Shown one piece after another: positions 8,698 to 20,272 of a stretch of 64,000 nucleotides of DNA. The translations under genes and the position numbers were made by a program. The notes under the pieces are model-generated. The model saw only the letters and a program-made list of their open reading frames with translations. It ran no database searches and was not told where the DNA came from. The DNA is from an uncultured Enterobacteriaceae bacterium (GTDB lineage Bacteria; Pseudomonadota; Gammaproteobacteria; Ga0077536). The DNA lies in NCBI GenBank assembly GCA_964523765.1, contig CAZFZX010000003.1, positions 762 through 64,761 of the forward strand, in the 5' to 3' direction. Every line of letters begins with the position of its first letter. The stretch's first letter is position 1.

Positions 8698-10029
8698 TCA
8701 GGGCTTATCCAGATCCAGCTTCTGCAGCCTGTACCGTAGCGCGCGAAAACTGATCCCCAGCAGCTTCGCTGCTTGGGTCTTGTTCCAGCGGGTCTGCTCA
8801 AGCGCCTGCAGGATGCGTTCACGCTCTACATCATCTAGATAACTTTGCAGTTCCCCTGCGTCCACGGGCGCGGTGTCGATATCGGTGTCGGTAACTGTCT
8901 CCGGGAGTCTCAGGTCCGCGACGTCGATGACGTCGCCCTCGCATAGCGTCAGCGCCCGTTCCAACACGTTTTCGAGTTCACGAACGTTACCAGGGAACGG
9001 ATAGTTCCGGAGTGCTTCGAGCGCCGCCGCCGCCAGCGCCGGCGGCGTCACTCCGAGCTGAGTGCTTTGGGCTTCAAGAAAATGCTCTACTAGCAGCGAA
9101 ATATCACCGGCCCGATCGCGCAATGCGGGCACCTTGAGCTCGATCACGTTGACGCGATAAAAAAGATCCTGGCGGAAGCTTCCGTCTTCAACCGCCTGCT
9201 CCAGGTTCCTGTGGGTTGCCGACAAGATCCGGCAATCCACGGGGACCTCTTGGGTGGCACCGATAGGACGAACGCGTCTTTCCTGGATTGCGCGCAGCAA
9301 TTTGACCTGCACCTGTAAGGGGAGATCCGCCACTTCGTCCAGAAACAGGGTCCCGAGATTGGCCGTTTGAAAAAGCCCGAGTTTGTCGGCCGTCGCGCCA
9401 GTAAAGCTGCCTTTGGTATGGCCGAAGAGTTCGCTCTCGATGAGATCGTGCGGAATCGCACCGCAATTCACCGGTACAAACTCGTGTCCTGCACGCGGGC
9501 CCCGTTCGTGTATCAAGCGCGCAACCAATTCTTTACCGGTTCCCGATTCTCCGCTGATATACACGGGTGCCTGGGAGCGCGCTAGTTTGGTAATGGTCTC
9601 CCGCAATTTCTCGATACTCGGGGACCGGCCGATCAAGGCTTTGCCGCCAGGCTCAGCGACCTCACCCACTTTGATCGCTTGCTGAACGAGCTTACGCAGG
9701 TCGTTGATGTCGAGCGGCTTGTTGACGAAATCGAACGCGCCCGACTTGAGCGCCTGGATCGCCGACTCCATGTTGCCGTGGGCAGTGATCACGGCAACCG
9801 GCAGATCGGGGCTGCGGTCCTGAATATGGGCTACGAGGTCGAGGCCGTTCCCATCGGGTAGTTGCATATCCGTAAGACAGATATCGAAATTGCGCGCCGA
9901 CAAACAGGCTTTGGCTTCGGCGACATCGGCGGCGGTCGTACAATCGATGTCCATACGGGCGAGCGTGATCGCGAGTAACTCGCGAATGTCCGGCTCATCG
10001 TCGACAATCAAAGCGTGGTGAGTGGCCAT
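8698..10029 (-). CDS. pilR: sigma-54-dependent response regulator PilR (NtrC family)
   Basis: 443 aa. Receiver domain (LIVDDEPDIRELL, ...TDMQLPDG), AAA+ domain with Walker A GESGTGKE and a GAFTGA-type loop (GSFTGA), and a C-terminal Fis-type HTH. It sits between pilS and pilA. Confidence 0.9.
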   Translation of the reverse strand: MATHHALIVDDEPDIRELLAITLARMDIDCTTAADVAEAKACLSARNFDICLTDMQLPDGNGLDLVAHIQDRSPDLPVAVITAHGNMESAIQALKSGAFDFVNKPLDINDLRKLVQQAIKVGEVAEPGGKALIGRSPSIEKLRETITKLARSQAPVYISGESGTGKELVARLIHERGPRAGHEFVPVNCGAIPHDLIESELFGHTKGSFTGATADKLGLFQTANLGTLFLDEVADLPLQVQVKLLRAIQERRVRPIGATQEVPVDCRILSATHRNLEQAVEDGSFRQDLFYRVNVIELKVPALRDRAGDISLLVEHFLEAQSTQLGVTPPALAAAALEALRNYPFPGNVRELENVLERALTLCEGDVIDVADLRLPETVTDTDIDTAPVDAGELQSYLDDVERERILQALEQTRWNKTQAAKLLGISFRALRYRLQKLDLDKP

Positions 10030-10030
10030 A

Positions 10031-11650
10031 TCAATCGGTCATTTGCTGCCGGTCCGGGTGCGCGAACTTGATCAAAAACCGGCAGCCTCGCTGGCCACGC
10101 GCGGTCAACGTAAGTGAAGCTTGATTCGACTCGCACAATTCTCGCGCGATATAAAGTCCGAGCCCCGTACCCGAAGATTCTCCAGTATAGAACGGCTCGA
10201 ACGCTTGTTCTGCAACTTTATCGCTCATTCCGGGGCCACTATCGGCGATGTCTATGTAAGAGCGCGCCGATCCGGTTTCACGGCCGCAGATAAAAGACAG
10301 CAAGGGCTGCTCACGACTGTAGCGTAACGCGTTCTCGCACAGATTCCACAAAACCTGGTGCAACTGGCTCGTGTCCATGCGAACCACGAGCGCATCGTCC
10401 AACCAGTCGCAGTGTACGTCCGCATCGGCTAACTCCTTACGCTCTTTCAACTCGTTCAGAAACTGTTCCAACCAGGGGCGCAAAGAGAAACTTTCAGCGA
10501 TCGTCAGCTTGCGCCGGCCTATGGTCATCACGTTTTCGATTATATTGTTCATTCGTCGGGAATGCTCGCCGATAATCTCGGTGAGCCGCCGATCCTGCTC
10601 GGCCAGCTGCGGCGATTCCGACAGCAACTGTCCGGCGTGACTAATCGCGGCCAGGGGATTGCGGATTTCGTGGGCGATGCTCCCGGTCAGGCGGCCCAGA
10701 GAAACCAGCTTGAGTTGCTGCGCACGCTGTCTCACTTCGGCCGCGTCCTCGAGAAACACCAGCGTCCCGCTGGAACTTTCGGATCCGAGACGAGTGAATG
10801 AGACGATTACTTCGGGCCCCTGAGTTTCTAATTCCAGGGGAGTCTTCCGGTTGATCTCATCGGCACGCCAGCGCCGATGAGCATCGGCTAAAGGTGCCGG
10901 TATCGGGGTCCGCCGGTCTTTTCGCGCATCGGTGTTGCCGCCGATCATCGACATCGCGGCCTCATTGATCAGTACCGTCTGATGTGAATCGTTCAGCACG
11001 ATGATACCTGCTCGCATACGTTGCACGATGTGCTCGTTCAACCGCGATAGATTCTCGATGTCGATCGCGCGCTCCGCCGCCAGGGCTTCGCTGCGGCGCG
11101 CCTGTTCGGCCAGGATAGAGGCGAGCAACGCGATCCCGAACAGCGTCGCGCCGAGCAGGCCGGCTTGCGGGTAACTTGCAATCGGGTAGTCCAAATACCA
11201 AAGGCCCATCGCGGTTTCGCCGAGAACTGCAAGCGTCGCGAGCGCGGCGAAAAAAACCGCCGCTCGCGGTGGAACGAATAGACAGCCGCCGGCGACGGCG
11301 ACCGCCAGCAACATACCGAAGCCGCCGCCGACGCCACCGCTCGCGTGCATGAAAGCGGTGATAGCGATTATGTCCAGCAAGACCTGCCCGGATACCTGCA
11401 GCCGCACCGAAGCCCAGCGGCGCTCTGCAGCGATCTGCGCGACGACCGCGAAACCGAGGTAGGCGGATGCGGCGAGGGTGAATTGCTGGACGTTGAAATC
11501 GGTAAAGTTAGGCGGCAATTTCGCGAAGACCGCTAGCAATGCGAACAATCCCGAAATCACGATCCGGTACAGGCAAAAATAGCGTAACGCCTGCCACGGA
11601 CGTTCACTGGTACCGGCAGAAAATCCAATCAGTCGCTCAGGCTTGCTCAA
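10031..11650 (-). CDS. pilS: sensor histidine kinase PilS
   Basis: 539 aa. The N-terminal ~190 aa is hydrophobic with multiple TM helices. H-box HEIRNPLAAISH is present, and an HATPase domain with DSGPGM and GTGLGLYI. Its stop is 1 nt before the pilR start. Confidence 0.88.
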   Translation of the reverse strand: MSKPERLIGFSAGTSERPWQALRYFCLYRIVISGLFALLAVFAKLPPNFTDFNVQQFTLAASAYLGFAVVAQIAAERRWASVRLQVSGQVLLDIIAITAFMHASGGVGGGFGMLLAVAVAGGCLFVPPRAAVFFAALATLAVLGETAMGLWYLDYPIASYPQAGLLGATLFGIALLASILAEQARRSEALAAERAIDIENLSRLNEHIVQRMRAGIIVLNDSHQTVLINEAAMSMIGGNTDARKDRRTPIPAPLADAHRRWRADEINRKTPLELETQGPEVIVSFTRLGSESSSGTLVFLEDAAEVRQRAQQLKLVSLGRLTGSIAHEIRNPLAAISHAGQLLSESPQLAEQDRRLTEIIGEHSRRMNNIIENVMTIGRRKLTIAESFSLRPWLEQFLNELKERKELADADVHCDWLDDALVVRMDTSQLHQVLWNLCENALRYSREQPLLSFICGRETGSARSYIDIADSGPGMSDKVAEQAFEPFYTGESSGTGLGLYIARELCESNQASLTLTARGQRGCRFLIKFAHPDRQQMTD

Positions 11651-11735
11651 TTCAGTCGCCCCTTAACCGTTAGCTGCGTTGCGCCGGCGAGCTGCGATAC
11701 CGCGATGCCCTTGGACGCGCGCCGGCGTGCGCGTG

Positions 11736-12950
11736 CTACTCGGCGACCGAGTTGGCGCTCTCCGTCGCCCCACCGCGCAGTTGCCGAAGTGTGGCGGACA
11801 GGAAATTCCTAGCCATCCGGTCGGCGCCGGCACGCGTAAAATGAACTCGATCGATGAAGTTCTCGTCGCTATGCGCGACGAGCTTGGCATTATCCACCCA
11901 ACCGGTATTGAGTTCCTTCGAGACCGCCTCCAAGACCTCGTTATAGCGGGCTATTCCGTCGAATATGCCCTTCAAAGTCAGCCCGGGTGTAAAACGCATA
12001 ATCGCTACGAGTTCCTTGTGCTCGCGCGGAGTCAACTCGGCAGTCAGCGCGTTGCTCTCGTAGTCCTCGTCCAGCGCATGCAACGTCGCGAACGACGACA
12101 AAACGACTCTCGCACCGCCGCCGACAGCACAGGCAACCAACATCCGGATATTGTGCTCGAATACCGCCGCGGCGCGATCCGGGACCCGGCTGAGTCTGTT
12201 TGTTCCGGCGATCAAATCATTGATGGCTGTCGCGTCCTTGTAGGCGCGATATGAATTGCGGGCACGCACATAAAACATACTGGTATTCAGCGCATTAATG
12301 AATACGCTGGGCCGCTCGTGCTCTCCGAAAGGTCGCGTATGGAAATTGCTGTAATCGGGCAAAACCTCGAAATCGGGACGGACAACTTTGAGATCGTTAT
12401 AGGCGTGATAGACGATCACGACATCGGGTTTGAACGGCATCACCCGCAGCGCCAGATTACCGATACTCTGGGCCGTATTGAATCCCGGCACGCCCGCGTT
12501 GATGACGGTTACTTTGTTGTCGGGCAATACTTGTTGGACGAATTCTCCCAGGCGCCCGGGCCAGTTATCTGCATAGCTCAGGTTGATATTAGCGGTGGTC
12601 GACGCCCCAATCGTGGCGATGCGAATTTCGTTGGCCCCCTTGGCAATAGGTAAGAAGTCTGCTTCTGAGAGAAACCCGTGCTCGTCGGTCCGTACGATCG
12701 CCTTCTCCTCCTGCGCAGGATGTCCCCCGAGATGTAGCCGCCTAGGCTTGAACACAAACCCGGCAAACGGGTGAAACTGATAGATGTCGCTAATCGCGTT
12801 ATCGGTCGCGTCGAGTTCATGCAACGCGAGCCCGAAACCGTTCCCGCGCGCCCAGGAGACGGTGCGTGTGGTAAGTTCGATGACCGCAAAAAACCCGGTC
12901 AGGGTGATCAGCGTACCGAGCAGGTAGAACATCAGGTTCTGCCGGGTCAT
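11736..12950 (-). CDS. membrane-anchored SGNH/GDSL-family hydrolase
   Basis: 404 aa with one N-terminal TM helix. All four SGNH blocks are visible: I IATIGASTT (Ser), II NAGVPGFNT (Gly), III VIVYHAYNDL (Asn), V DRVHFT (DxxH). Confidence 0.75.
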   Translation of the reverse strand: MTRQNLMFYLLGTLITLTGFFAVIELTTRTVSWARGNGFGLALHELDATDNAISDIYQFHPFAGFVFKPRRLHLGGHPAQEEKAIVRTDEHGFLSEADFLPIAKGANEIRIATIGASTTANINLSYADNWPGRLGEFVQQVLPDNKVTVINAGVPGFNTAQSIGNLALRVMPFKPDVVIVYHAYNDLKVVRPDFEVLPDYSNFHTRPFGEHERPSVFINALNTSMFYVRARNSYRAYKDATAINDLIAGTNRLSRVPDRAAAVFEHNIRMLVACAVGGGARVVLSSFATLHALDEDYESNALTAELTPREHKELVAIMRFTPGLTLKGIFDGIARYNEVLEAVSKELNTGWVDNAKLVAHSDENFIDRVHFTRAGADRMARNFLSATLRQLRGGATESANSVAE

Positions 12951-13047
12951 GAGTCACCCCTTAGCGACCAGAAGTTCTGCGGTATAACGATGCGACAAAC
13001 CGGTAGTCGGCCGCTCGCTGGTGCCCGGGGTTCGCCGGATACGGCGT

Positions 13048-13278
13048 TCAATGTTTGTCGCACCGAAACTTGTCGTCACCTACCGAAACTGCATCCTGCT
13101 CCGGTAGGTAGATGCCGCACGCTTCGCAATTCACCATTTTCCCCCGGTAGCCGAGCTCAGTTTTACGCGCCGGTCCGGGGCGCACGACGCGCCGGACCAT
13201 CCGCACGGCAAACCACAGGACGGCCGCAATGATCACAAAACGTAGTAAAGGCATGAGTCGATCCCTTCGCCCAAGCAA
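13048..13278 (-). CDS. small membrane-anchored zinc-ribbon-like protein (resembles the PP0621 family)
   Basis: 76-aa ORF; the start is more likely the second Met at 13254 (MPLLRFVIIAAVLWFAV). It has one TM helix, a basic linker, then CEACGIYLP...FRCDKH (CxxC...CxxH). The family assignment is from memory only. Confidence 0.5.
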   Translation of the reverse strand: MLGRRDRLMPLLRFVIIAAVLWFAVRMVRRVVRPGPARKTELGYRGKMVNCEACGIYLPEQDAVSVGDDKFRCDKH

Positions 13279-13591
13279 ATTGAATGTTCCCGCCGCCGTT
13301 CAATAAGGTGCGGTAATTCGCTATAGTCTCACTGGGCGAATGCGACGTCCATGCGACGCTTGGCAATCTCCACTCGCCCCGGCGGTATTCGGGTTCCGGT
13401 AAAAGCCGCCGGCGAAACCCCGGGGTACCGGGCGGGGAGCGCATTTAGTCGCCCGGTAATTTGGAAAAACTGAGTTCGATTGGCAACCTGTTCCGACGCC
13501 GAGAGACGTGTTCGCGGGTAAATGATCATGAACTGCGGACGATAAGACGATAAGCGGACCGAATATTTCATGATGTATCGTAGGAAAAGCA

Positions 13592-14757
<1,166 letters not shown>

Positions 14758-14758
<1 letters not shown>

Positions 14759-15627
14759 TGTCTATACTGATCGATAAAGACACCAAGGTCATCGTGCAGG
14801 GATTTACAGGCAGACAGGGAACTTTCCATGCCGAGCAGGCGATTGAATATGGGACGCAGTTGGTCGGCGGCGTAACCCCCGGACGCAGCGGCTCCCCGCA
14901 TCTGGGCCTGCCCGTGTTCGATACGGTGCACACAGCCGTGGCCGAAACGGGGGCGACGGCGAGCATGATCTTCGTCCCGCCGCCGTTCGCCGCTGATGCG
15001 ATCGTAGAGGCGGCCGACGCCGGTGTGGAGATCATCGCCTGCATCACAGAAGGCATACCCGTACTCGACATGCTGCGGGTCAAGGCAAGTCTCATGAACA
15101 AGCCCGATATCTATCTCGTCGGTCCAAATTGTCCGGGCGTGATTACTCCGGGCGAATGCAAGATGGGCATCATGCCGGGCGCTATCCACCAACCCGGGAA
15201 AGTCGGGATCGTCTCGCGCTCCGGAACTTTGACCTACGAAGCCGTACATCAGACAACTGAGGCCGGTCTGGGGCAATCGACTTGTGTCGGGATCGGAGGA
15301 GATCCCATCCACGGAATGAGTTTCATCGACTGCCTGGCATTGTTCCAGGCCGACGACAAAACCGAAGGGATCATCATGGTCGGGGAGATCGGAGGCGCGG
15401 CCGAGGAAGAAGCGGCGGCGTTCATCACCGAGAACGTGACTAAACCGGTGGTTGGCTATATCGCCGGCGTTACCGCGCCGCCCGGAAAGCGAATGGGTCA
15501 TGCCGGCGCCGTTATCTCGGGCGGTAAAGGGACGGCCGACGACAAATTCGCGGCGCTGGAAGCAGCCGGCGTACTGACGGTGCGCTCGCCGGCGGAACTC
15601 GGTTCAGCCATGAAATCGGCACTGTAA
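14758..15627 (+). CDS. sucD: succinyl-CoA synthetase alpha subunit
   Basis: 289 aa. Motifs [27 protein letters not shown] and the phosphohistidine loop MGHAGA. Confidence 0.96.
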
Positions 15628-15700
15628 TCCGCGAGGCCTGGTTCGCGGCCGCGTTTGTGGAAATCACGACCGAACGATCCAACACGGGCCGGGCTCGGCC

Positions 15701-17353
15701 GTGACCGCGCGGATGCGCGTCGCGCTGGCGCAGCTGAACTTTTGCGTCGGGGACATCGACGGCAATACCGCGAAGATCGTTAACGCGATCGAGACCGCTC
15801 GCGACGGCTCCGCCGCCGACCTCATCGCCTTTCCGGAACTCGCCGTAACCGGTTACCCACCAGAAGACCTGCTGTTTCGCCCCGGGTTTCATCGCCGTGT
15901 GGAACAGGCGCTGGATACCATCGCGAAGGCGGCACGCGGGATCACCGTCGCGGTCGGCCACCCGGAGCAAAAAGAAAAGCTTGTCTTCAACAGTTGTTCG
16001 GTTTTTCGTGATGGTCGGCTCGCCGCTCGTTACCGCAAGCAGCAACTGCCCAACTATGCCGTGTTCGATGAAAAACGTTATTTCGCCGCAGGCGCCGAGC
16101 CTTGCGTGGTAGAGGTTCACGGCTTTCAGGTCTCGGTCAACATCTGCGAAGACATCTGGGAGCCTCGAACCGCGGCGATGGCCAGTACTGCTGGTGCCGA
16201 ACTGATACTGAACATCAATGCGTCGCCCTACCGGGTCGGAAAGCGCGCGGCACGGGTGGCGGCGCTGAACGAAGCGGTCGCCGCTTCCGGGCTACCGATT
16301 GTCTATCTGAACCTCGTCGGGGGCCAGGACGAGCTCGTGTTCGACGGTGGCTCGCTGGTGGTCGACGAAACGGGCCGGGCGGTAGTGCACCTTCCGGAAT
16401 TCGCCGAGACCGTAGCGCTCTTTGATGTCGAAAAAACGGCTGCGGGACTCGTTTTCGACGGTCCCGACGATCGATTGACCGAAGACCACGAAAATATCTA
16501 CCGAGCGTTAGTGCTCGGCGTGCGTGATTACGTCGAAAAGAACCGGTTCCCAGGTGCGGTACTGGGTTTGTCGGGGGGCATCGACTCGGCCCTGACCCTC
16601 GCGGTCGCGGTCGATGCGATCGGACCCGAGCGTGTGCGCGCGATTTCGATGCCGTCTCGTTACACGGCGCAAATGAGTATAGACGACGCGCTGGACCAGG
16701 GGCGCAGACTCGGGTGTCAATGCCACGTGATTCCGATCGAAAAGCCCGTCGAAGCATTCACCGAGGTGCTCGGCGAGGTGTTCGCAAACACCACAGCTGA
16801 CGTAACCGAAGAAAACATGCAGGCCCGGTGCCGGGGACTCATTTTGATGGCGGTGTCGAATAAACACGGCCAAATAGTGCTGGCGACGGGTAACAAGAGC
16901 GAGATGTCCGTAGGCTACGCAACTCTCTACGGTGACATGGTGGGCGGCTTCGCACCGCTCAAAGACGTCCCTAAAACGATCGTCTACGAGCTCGCTAAAT
17001 GGCGGAACCGCGACGGTGAGATCATCCCGCGGCGTGTAATCGAGCGACCCCCGAGCGCGGAACTCGCACCGGACCAACAGGATACCGATAGCCTCCCACC
17101 CTACGACGTCCTCGATCCAATCCTAGAGCACTACATTGAGCACGACTTGACGCCGCTTCAAATCGCGGCCAAAGGCTTCGACCTCGAAACGGTGCGCCGC
17201 GTCGCGGCGATGGTCGACCGCAACGAATACAAGCGACGCCAGGCGGCGCCGGGTGTGCGCATCACAAAACGCGCGTTCGGGAGAGACCGGCGGTTCCCCA
17301 TCACATCGCGCTATAGCGAGCAAACCGCCGTACCCGGCCTGGGCGATGAATAG
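15701..17353 (+). CDS. nadE: glutamine-dependent NAD+ synthetase
   Basis: 550 aa. N-terminal CN-hydrolase/glutaminase domain, then a synthetase domain with PP-loop LGLSGGIDS. The tracked start is GTG 15701; ATG 15713 (MRVALAQLN) is an equally good start. Confidence 0.92.
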   Translation: MTARMRVALAQLNFCVGDIDGNTAKIVNAIETARDGSAADLIAFPELAVTGYPPEDLLFRPGFHRRVEQALDTIAKAARGITVAVGHPEQKEKLVFNSCSVFRDGRLAARYRKQQLPNYAVFDEKRYFAAGAEPCVVEVHGFQVSVNICEDIWEPRTAAMASTAGAELILNINASPYRVGKRAARVAALNEAVAASGLPIVYLNLVGGQDELVFDGGSLVVDETGRAVVHLPEFAETVALFDVEKTAAGLVFDGPDDRLTEDHENIYRALVLGVRDYVEKNRFPGAVLGLSGGIDSALTLAVAVDAIGPERVRAISMPSRYTAQMSIDDALDQGRRLGCQCHVIPIEKPVEAFTEVLGEVFANTTADVTEENMQARCRGLILMAVSNKHGQIVLATGNKSEMSVGYATLYGDMVGGFAPLKDVPKTIVYELAKWRNRDGEIIPRRVIERPPSAELAPDQQDTDSLPPYDVLDPILEHYIEHDLTPLQIAAKGFDLETVRRVAAMVDRNEYKRRQAAPGVRITKRAFGRDRRFPITSRYSEQTAVPGLGDE

Positions 17354-17373
17354 CCGCCCGTTGCCTTATTCCA

Positions 17374-18213
17374 TTAACGAACAGCCGTCTTATTGACTTC
17401 GGAGATCCCGGGATGGTTCGGGTAGTTGAGTTGCAACACTCGCAAGGCATCGTCGGACAGTTCGTTCATTTCGAGTACCTTGTACGATTTCGCGAGCAAT
17501 ACGAGCGCTTCAGGCATGGCCGGCGTTTGTTGGTAGTTCTCGACTACGTTTCGCGCGCGGTTAGCCGCCGCCACGAACGCGCCGCGGCGCATATAGAAGT
17601 TCGCGACATTGACTTCATGTTGCGCGAGTATGTTCCTTAAGTGCCGCATCCGCAGTTCGGCGTCCTCGACGTAACGGGTCTTCGGAAACTTCTGGATCAG
17701 ACCGGAAAAATCTTTGAACGAGCGCATCGCTGCGCCCGGGTCCCGTTGAGAAGGATCGCGCTCGACGAAGCGGGCCGTGAGGCCGCGTCCGATGTTAAAA
17801 TTGATCAATCCGCGTAGGTAATAGGCGTAATCCATATGCGGGTGTGTGGGGTTCAGTTTGATAAAGCGATCGATGGCGCCGAGGGCGGACGCGGAATCTT
17901 CGGACTTGTAGTAACAATAGGCCAATTCCAGTTGCGCCTGCGCCGCGTAAGGACCAAACGGATAGCGGGTCTGAAGCCGCTCATAGTGCTCTATCGCACC
18001 ACCGCACGCGCCCGTATCGAGGGATTCCTTAGCGGCAAAATAGAGCTTGTCCTCCGGCCAATTCTCGGGCAGGTCTTCCTCGTTTTTTTCGCCGAATAGA
18101 CCGCATCCGCTCAATATCGCAATGCTGGCGACGAAGAGCGGTACCATAAACGTAGCAAACGATCGGCGTTTAGGTATTGGTATCGGGTTGCGGTGTGTGG
18201 ATAATTCGTCCAT
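17374..18213 (-). CDS. bamD: outer membrane protein assembly factor BamD (ComL)
   Basis: 279 aa with lipobox ILSGC and TPR-like repeats. It is divergent from rluD, as in E. coli and Pseudomonas. Confidence 0.9.
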   Translation of the reverse strand: MDELSTHRNPIPIPKRRSFATFMVPLFVASIAILSGCGLFGEKNEEDLPENWPEDKLYFAAKESLDTGACGGAIEHYERLQTRYPFGPYAAQAQLELAYCYYKSEDSASALGAIDRFIKLNPTHPHMDYAYYLRGLINFNIGRGLTARFVERDPSQRDPGAAMRSFKDFSGLIQKFPKTRYVEDAELRMRHLRNILAQHEVNVANFYMRRGAFVAAANRARNVVENYQQTPAMPEALVLLAKSYKVLEMNELSDDALRVLQLNYPNHPGISEVNKTAVR

Positions 18214-18346
18214 ATGAATTTCATTACGCGGCGCGCGGCCATTGTATGACTAACCCGCTTTTGCCACCAGCACGATACGCGCTCGCCGTTTGCTCGCTAC
18301 AGACCTCGCCCGAGGGTCACCGAAATGCATTCGTAGGTGCGGGCGG

Positions 18347-19309
18347 GTGAGCGACGTTCGCCACCACCGCGCTGAAATCGGCGGGACCGAAACCGGCTTG
18401 CGACTCGACCAGGCGCTCGCGAGATTGTTTACGGACTACTCCCGCTCCGCCCTCAAAGCGTGGATCGAAGCCGGATTGGTAACGGTGAACTCGGGTCCGT
18501 GCCGGCCGCGCGACCCGGTCAAGACAGGCGATCAGATCCGCCTCACGGCGGTACTCGAAGCGAGTAGGAATCTCACCCCCGAAGCCGTCGACTTCGACGT
18601 CCTGCACATCGACGAGGCGTGCATTGTCGTCGATAAGCCAGCCGACCTGGTCGTCCACCCCGGAGCCGGAAATCGGAACCGGACACTCGCAAACGGCTTG
18701 CTGTACCGCTTCCCCGAACTGAGTCAGCTACCGAGGGCCGGCCTCATCCACAGGCTGGATAAGAACACTTCCGGGCTGCTCATCGTCGCCCGCACCAGCG
18801 CGGCTTATCAACGCCTCACCCGCACCATGGCGGCCCGCAGAATCAAACGGGTCTACACCGCAGTAGCTAATGGCCGGTTCATCGCCGGCGGGACAATCGA
18901 CGCGCCGATCGGACGGGACCCGGCGAACCGCACCCGCATGACGGTTCGCGGCGGCGGCCGCGAAGCAGTGACGCATTACCGGGTCGCGGCAAAATTCCGT
19001 ACCCATACACACCTCGAAGTCCACCTTGAAACCGGCCGTACCCATCAGATCAGAGTGCATCTGGCACACCTGGGACACCCGTTGGTCGGCGATAGCCGCT
19101 ACGGTGCTCGTGTGCTGTTGCCGCCGACGCCCCACCCGGAACTCGAACGTTGTTTGCGCGGGTTTGCCCGCCAGGCCCTCCATGCGCGGCGACTGGAATT
19201 TCCCCACCCCGCGGGCGCCGGCTCCATCGTCGTCGAAAGCCCGATACCGTCGGATATCTTCACCTTGCTCGGTGCCTGCGAACGCGATTTGGCAGCGGCG
19301 GGCGCGTGA
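18347..19309 (+). CDS. rluD: 23S rRNA pseudouridine synthase RluD
   Basis: S4 domain (GLRLDQALARLFTDYSRSALKAWI) and catalytic motif HRLDKNTSGLL. The tracked ORF starts at 18290; the in-frame GTG at 18347 gives an N-terminal length like E. coli RluD. Confidence 0.9.
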   Translation: MSDVRHHRAEIGGTETGLRLDQALARLFTDYSRSALKAWIEAGLVTVNSGPCRPRDPVKTGDQIRLTAVLEASRNLTPEAVDFDVLHIDEACIVVDKPADLVVHPGAGNRNRTLANGLLYRFPELSQLPRAGLIHRLDKNTSGLLIVARTSAAYQRLTRTMAARRIKRVYTAVANGRFIAGGTIDAPIGRDPANRTRMTVRGGGREAVTHYRVAAKFRTHTHLEVHLETGRTHQIRVHLAHLGHPLVGDSRYGARVLLPPTPHPELERCLRGFARQALHARRLEFPHPAGAGSIVVESPIPSDIFTLLGACERDLAAAGA

Positions 19310-19312
19310 CCG

Positions 19313-20068
19313 ATGCGTGTCGTCACGCCCGGGTGGGTGTCAGCGTCCAACATCAGGGCATTCACAACGACGCGGGCGGGCGGCGTGAGCGAGGGGACCT
19401 ATGCCAGCTTGAATCTGGGCGCGCATTCGCACGACGACTCAATTGCGGTACACCGGAATCGACAGATCCTTTGCGACACCAAGCGGCTCCCGGGGGCGCC
19501 GCGCTGGTTGCACCAGAGGCACGGAACGCTAACCGTTGACGCAAGCAAGGCAGACGAAACGGTCGCGGCTGATGCGGCCTACACCAACGCTCCGGATACC
19601 GTGTGCGCGGTGCTGACGGCGGACTGCCTACCGATATTGCTCTGCGATGATGATGGGCAAGAGGTCGCTGCCGTACATGCCGGCTGGCGGGGTCTGTTAT
19701 ACGGTGTGGTGCAATCGGCGCTGGCGAAATTCGCTGCTCCGCGGGCGCAGCTGAAGGCCTGGATCGGACCCGGGATCAGTGTCGAAGCGTACCGCGTTGA
19801 CACCGGATTTCGTGAACGCTTCGTCGCCCAGGATCCTTCGTTCGGAACCGCATTTCGGTACAAAGAAGGCCAATGGTATGCCGATCTGTATACTATTGCC
19901 GAGCGGCGCCTGCACGACTGCGGCGTTACGCGCATTTGGCGTTACCACGGTTGCACCTATACGGAGGAGGAACGATTTTACTCGCACCGCCGCGATGGCG
20001 TTACCGGCCGTATGGCGACGCTAGTGTGGATTGATTCCCGTCACAAACCGGTGATTTCGGCGCGGTAA
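19313..20068 (+). CDS. pgeF: YfiH/PgeF family (peptidoglycan editing factor / laccase-domain protein)
   Basis: 251 aa. Motifs TADCLPILL and AVHAGWRG. It follows rluD by 4 nt, the conserved rluD-yfiH-clpB synteny. Confidence 0.88.
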   Translation: MRVVTPGWVSASNIRAFTTTRAGGVSEGTYASLNLGAHSHDDSIAVHRNRQILCDTKRLPGAPRWLHQRHGTLTVDASKADETVAADAAYTNAPDTVCAVLTADCLPILLCDDDGQEVAAVHAGWRGLLYGVVQSALAKFAAPRAQLKAWIGPGISVEAYRVDTGFRERFVAQDPSFGTAFRYKEGQWYADLYTIAERRLHDCGVTRIWRYHGCTYTEEERFYSHRRDGVTGRMATLVWIDSRHKPVISAR

Positions 20069-20272
20069 AGAAAGCGAACTGCCGATGCAACGGAGGAGAC
20101 GGCGAACCACGGCGAGGACACTTGGGATCTTGCGGCCGGATCTTCGACGAAAGTTCAGACGTCTCCTACCGATAACCTAACCGATCGGCCGGAAGAAAAG
20201 CGCCGGCTGTCGAGACGAACCGGGGGACGCAGGAGAAACCTATGCGTCTTATCGCTGTTTTAGGGGGAAATC

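Noticed and set aside
8358-8822. 154-aa minus-strand ORF spanning the pilR 3' end and the pilA upstream region
   Set aside because: It overlaps pilR out of frame and covers the RpoN promoter. It has Arg/Pro-rich junk composition.
13279-13591. 313-nt GC-rich region upstream of sucC with imperfect inverted repeats (for example cggcgg...ccgccg and ccccgg...ccgggcgggg). Considered as a possible leader RNA or riboswitch. sucCD also stands alone here without sucAB
   Set aside because: I could not fold a convincing conserved structure by eye or match any RNA family I know. The region must also hold the divergent promoter of the small zinc-ribbon gene. It would need cmsearch or covariation analysis before any claim.
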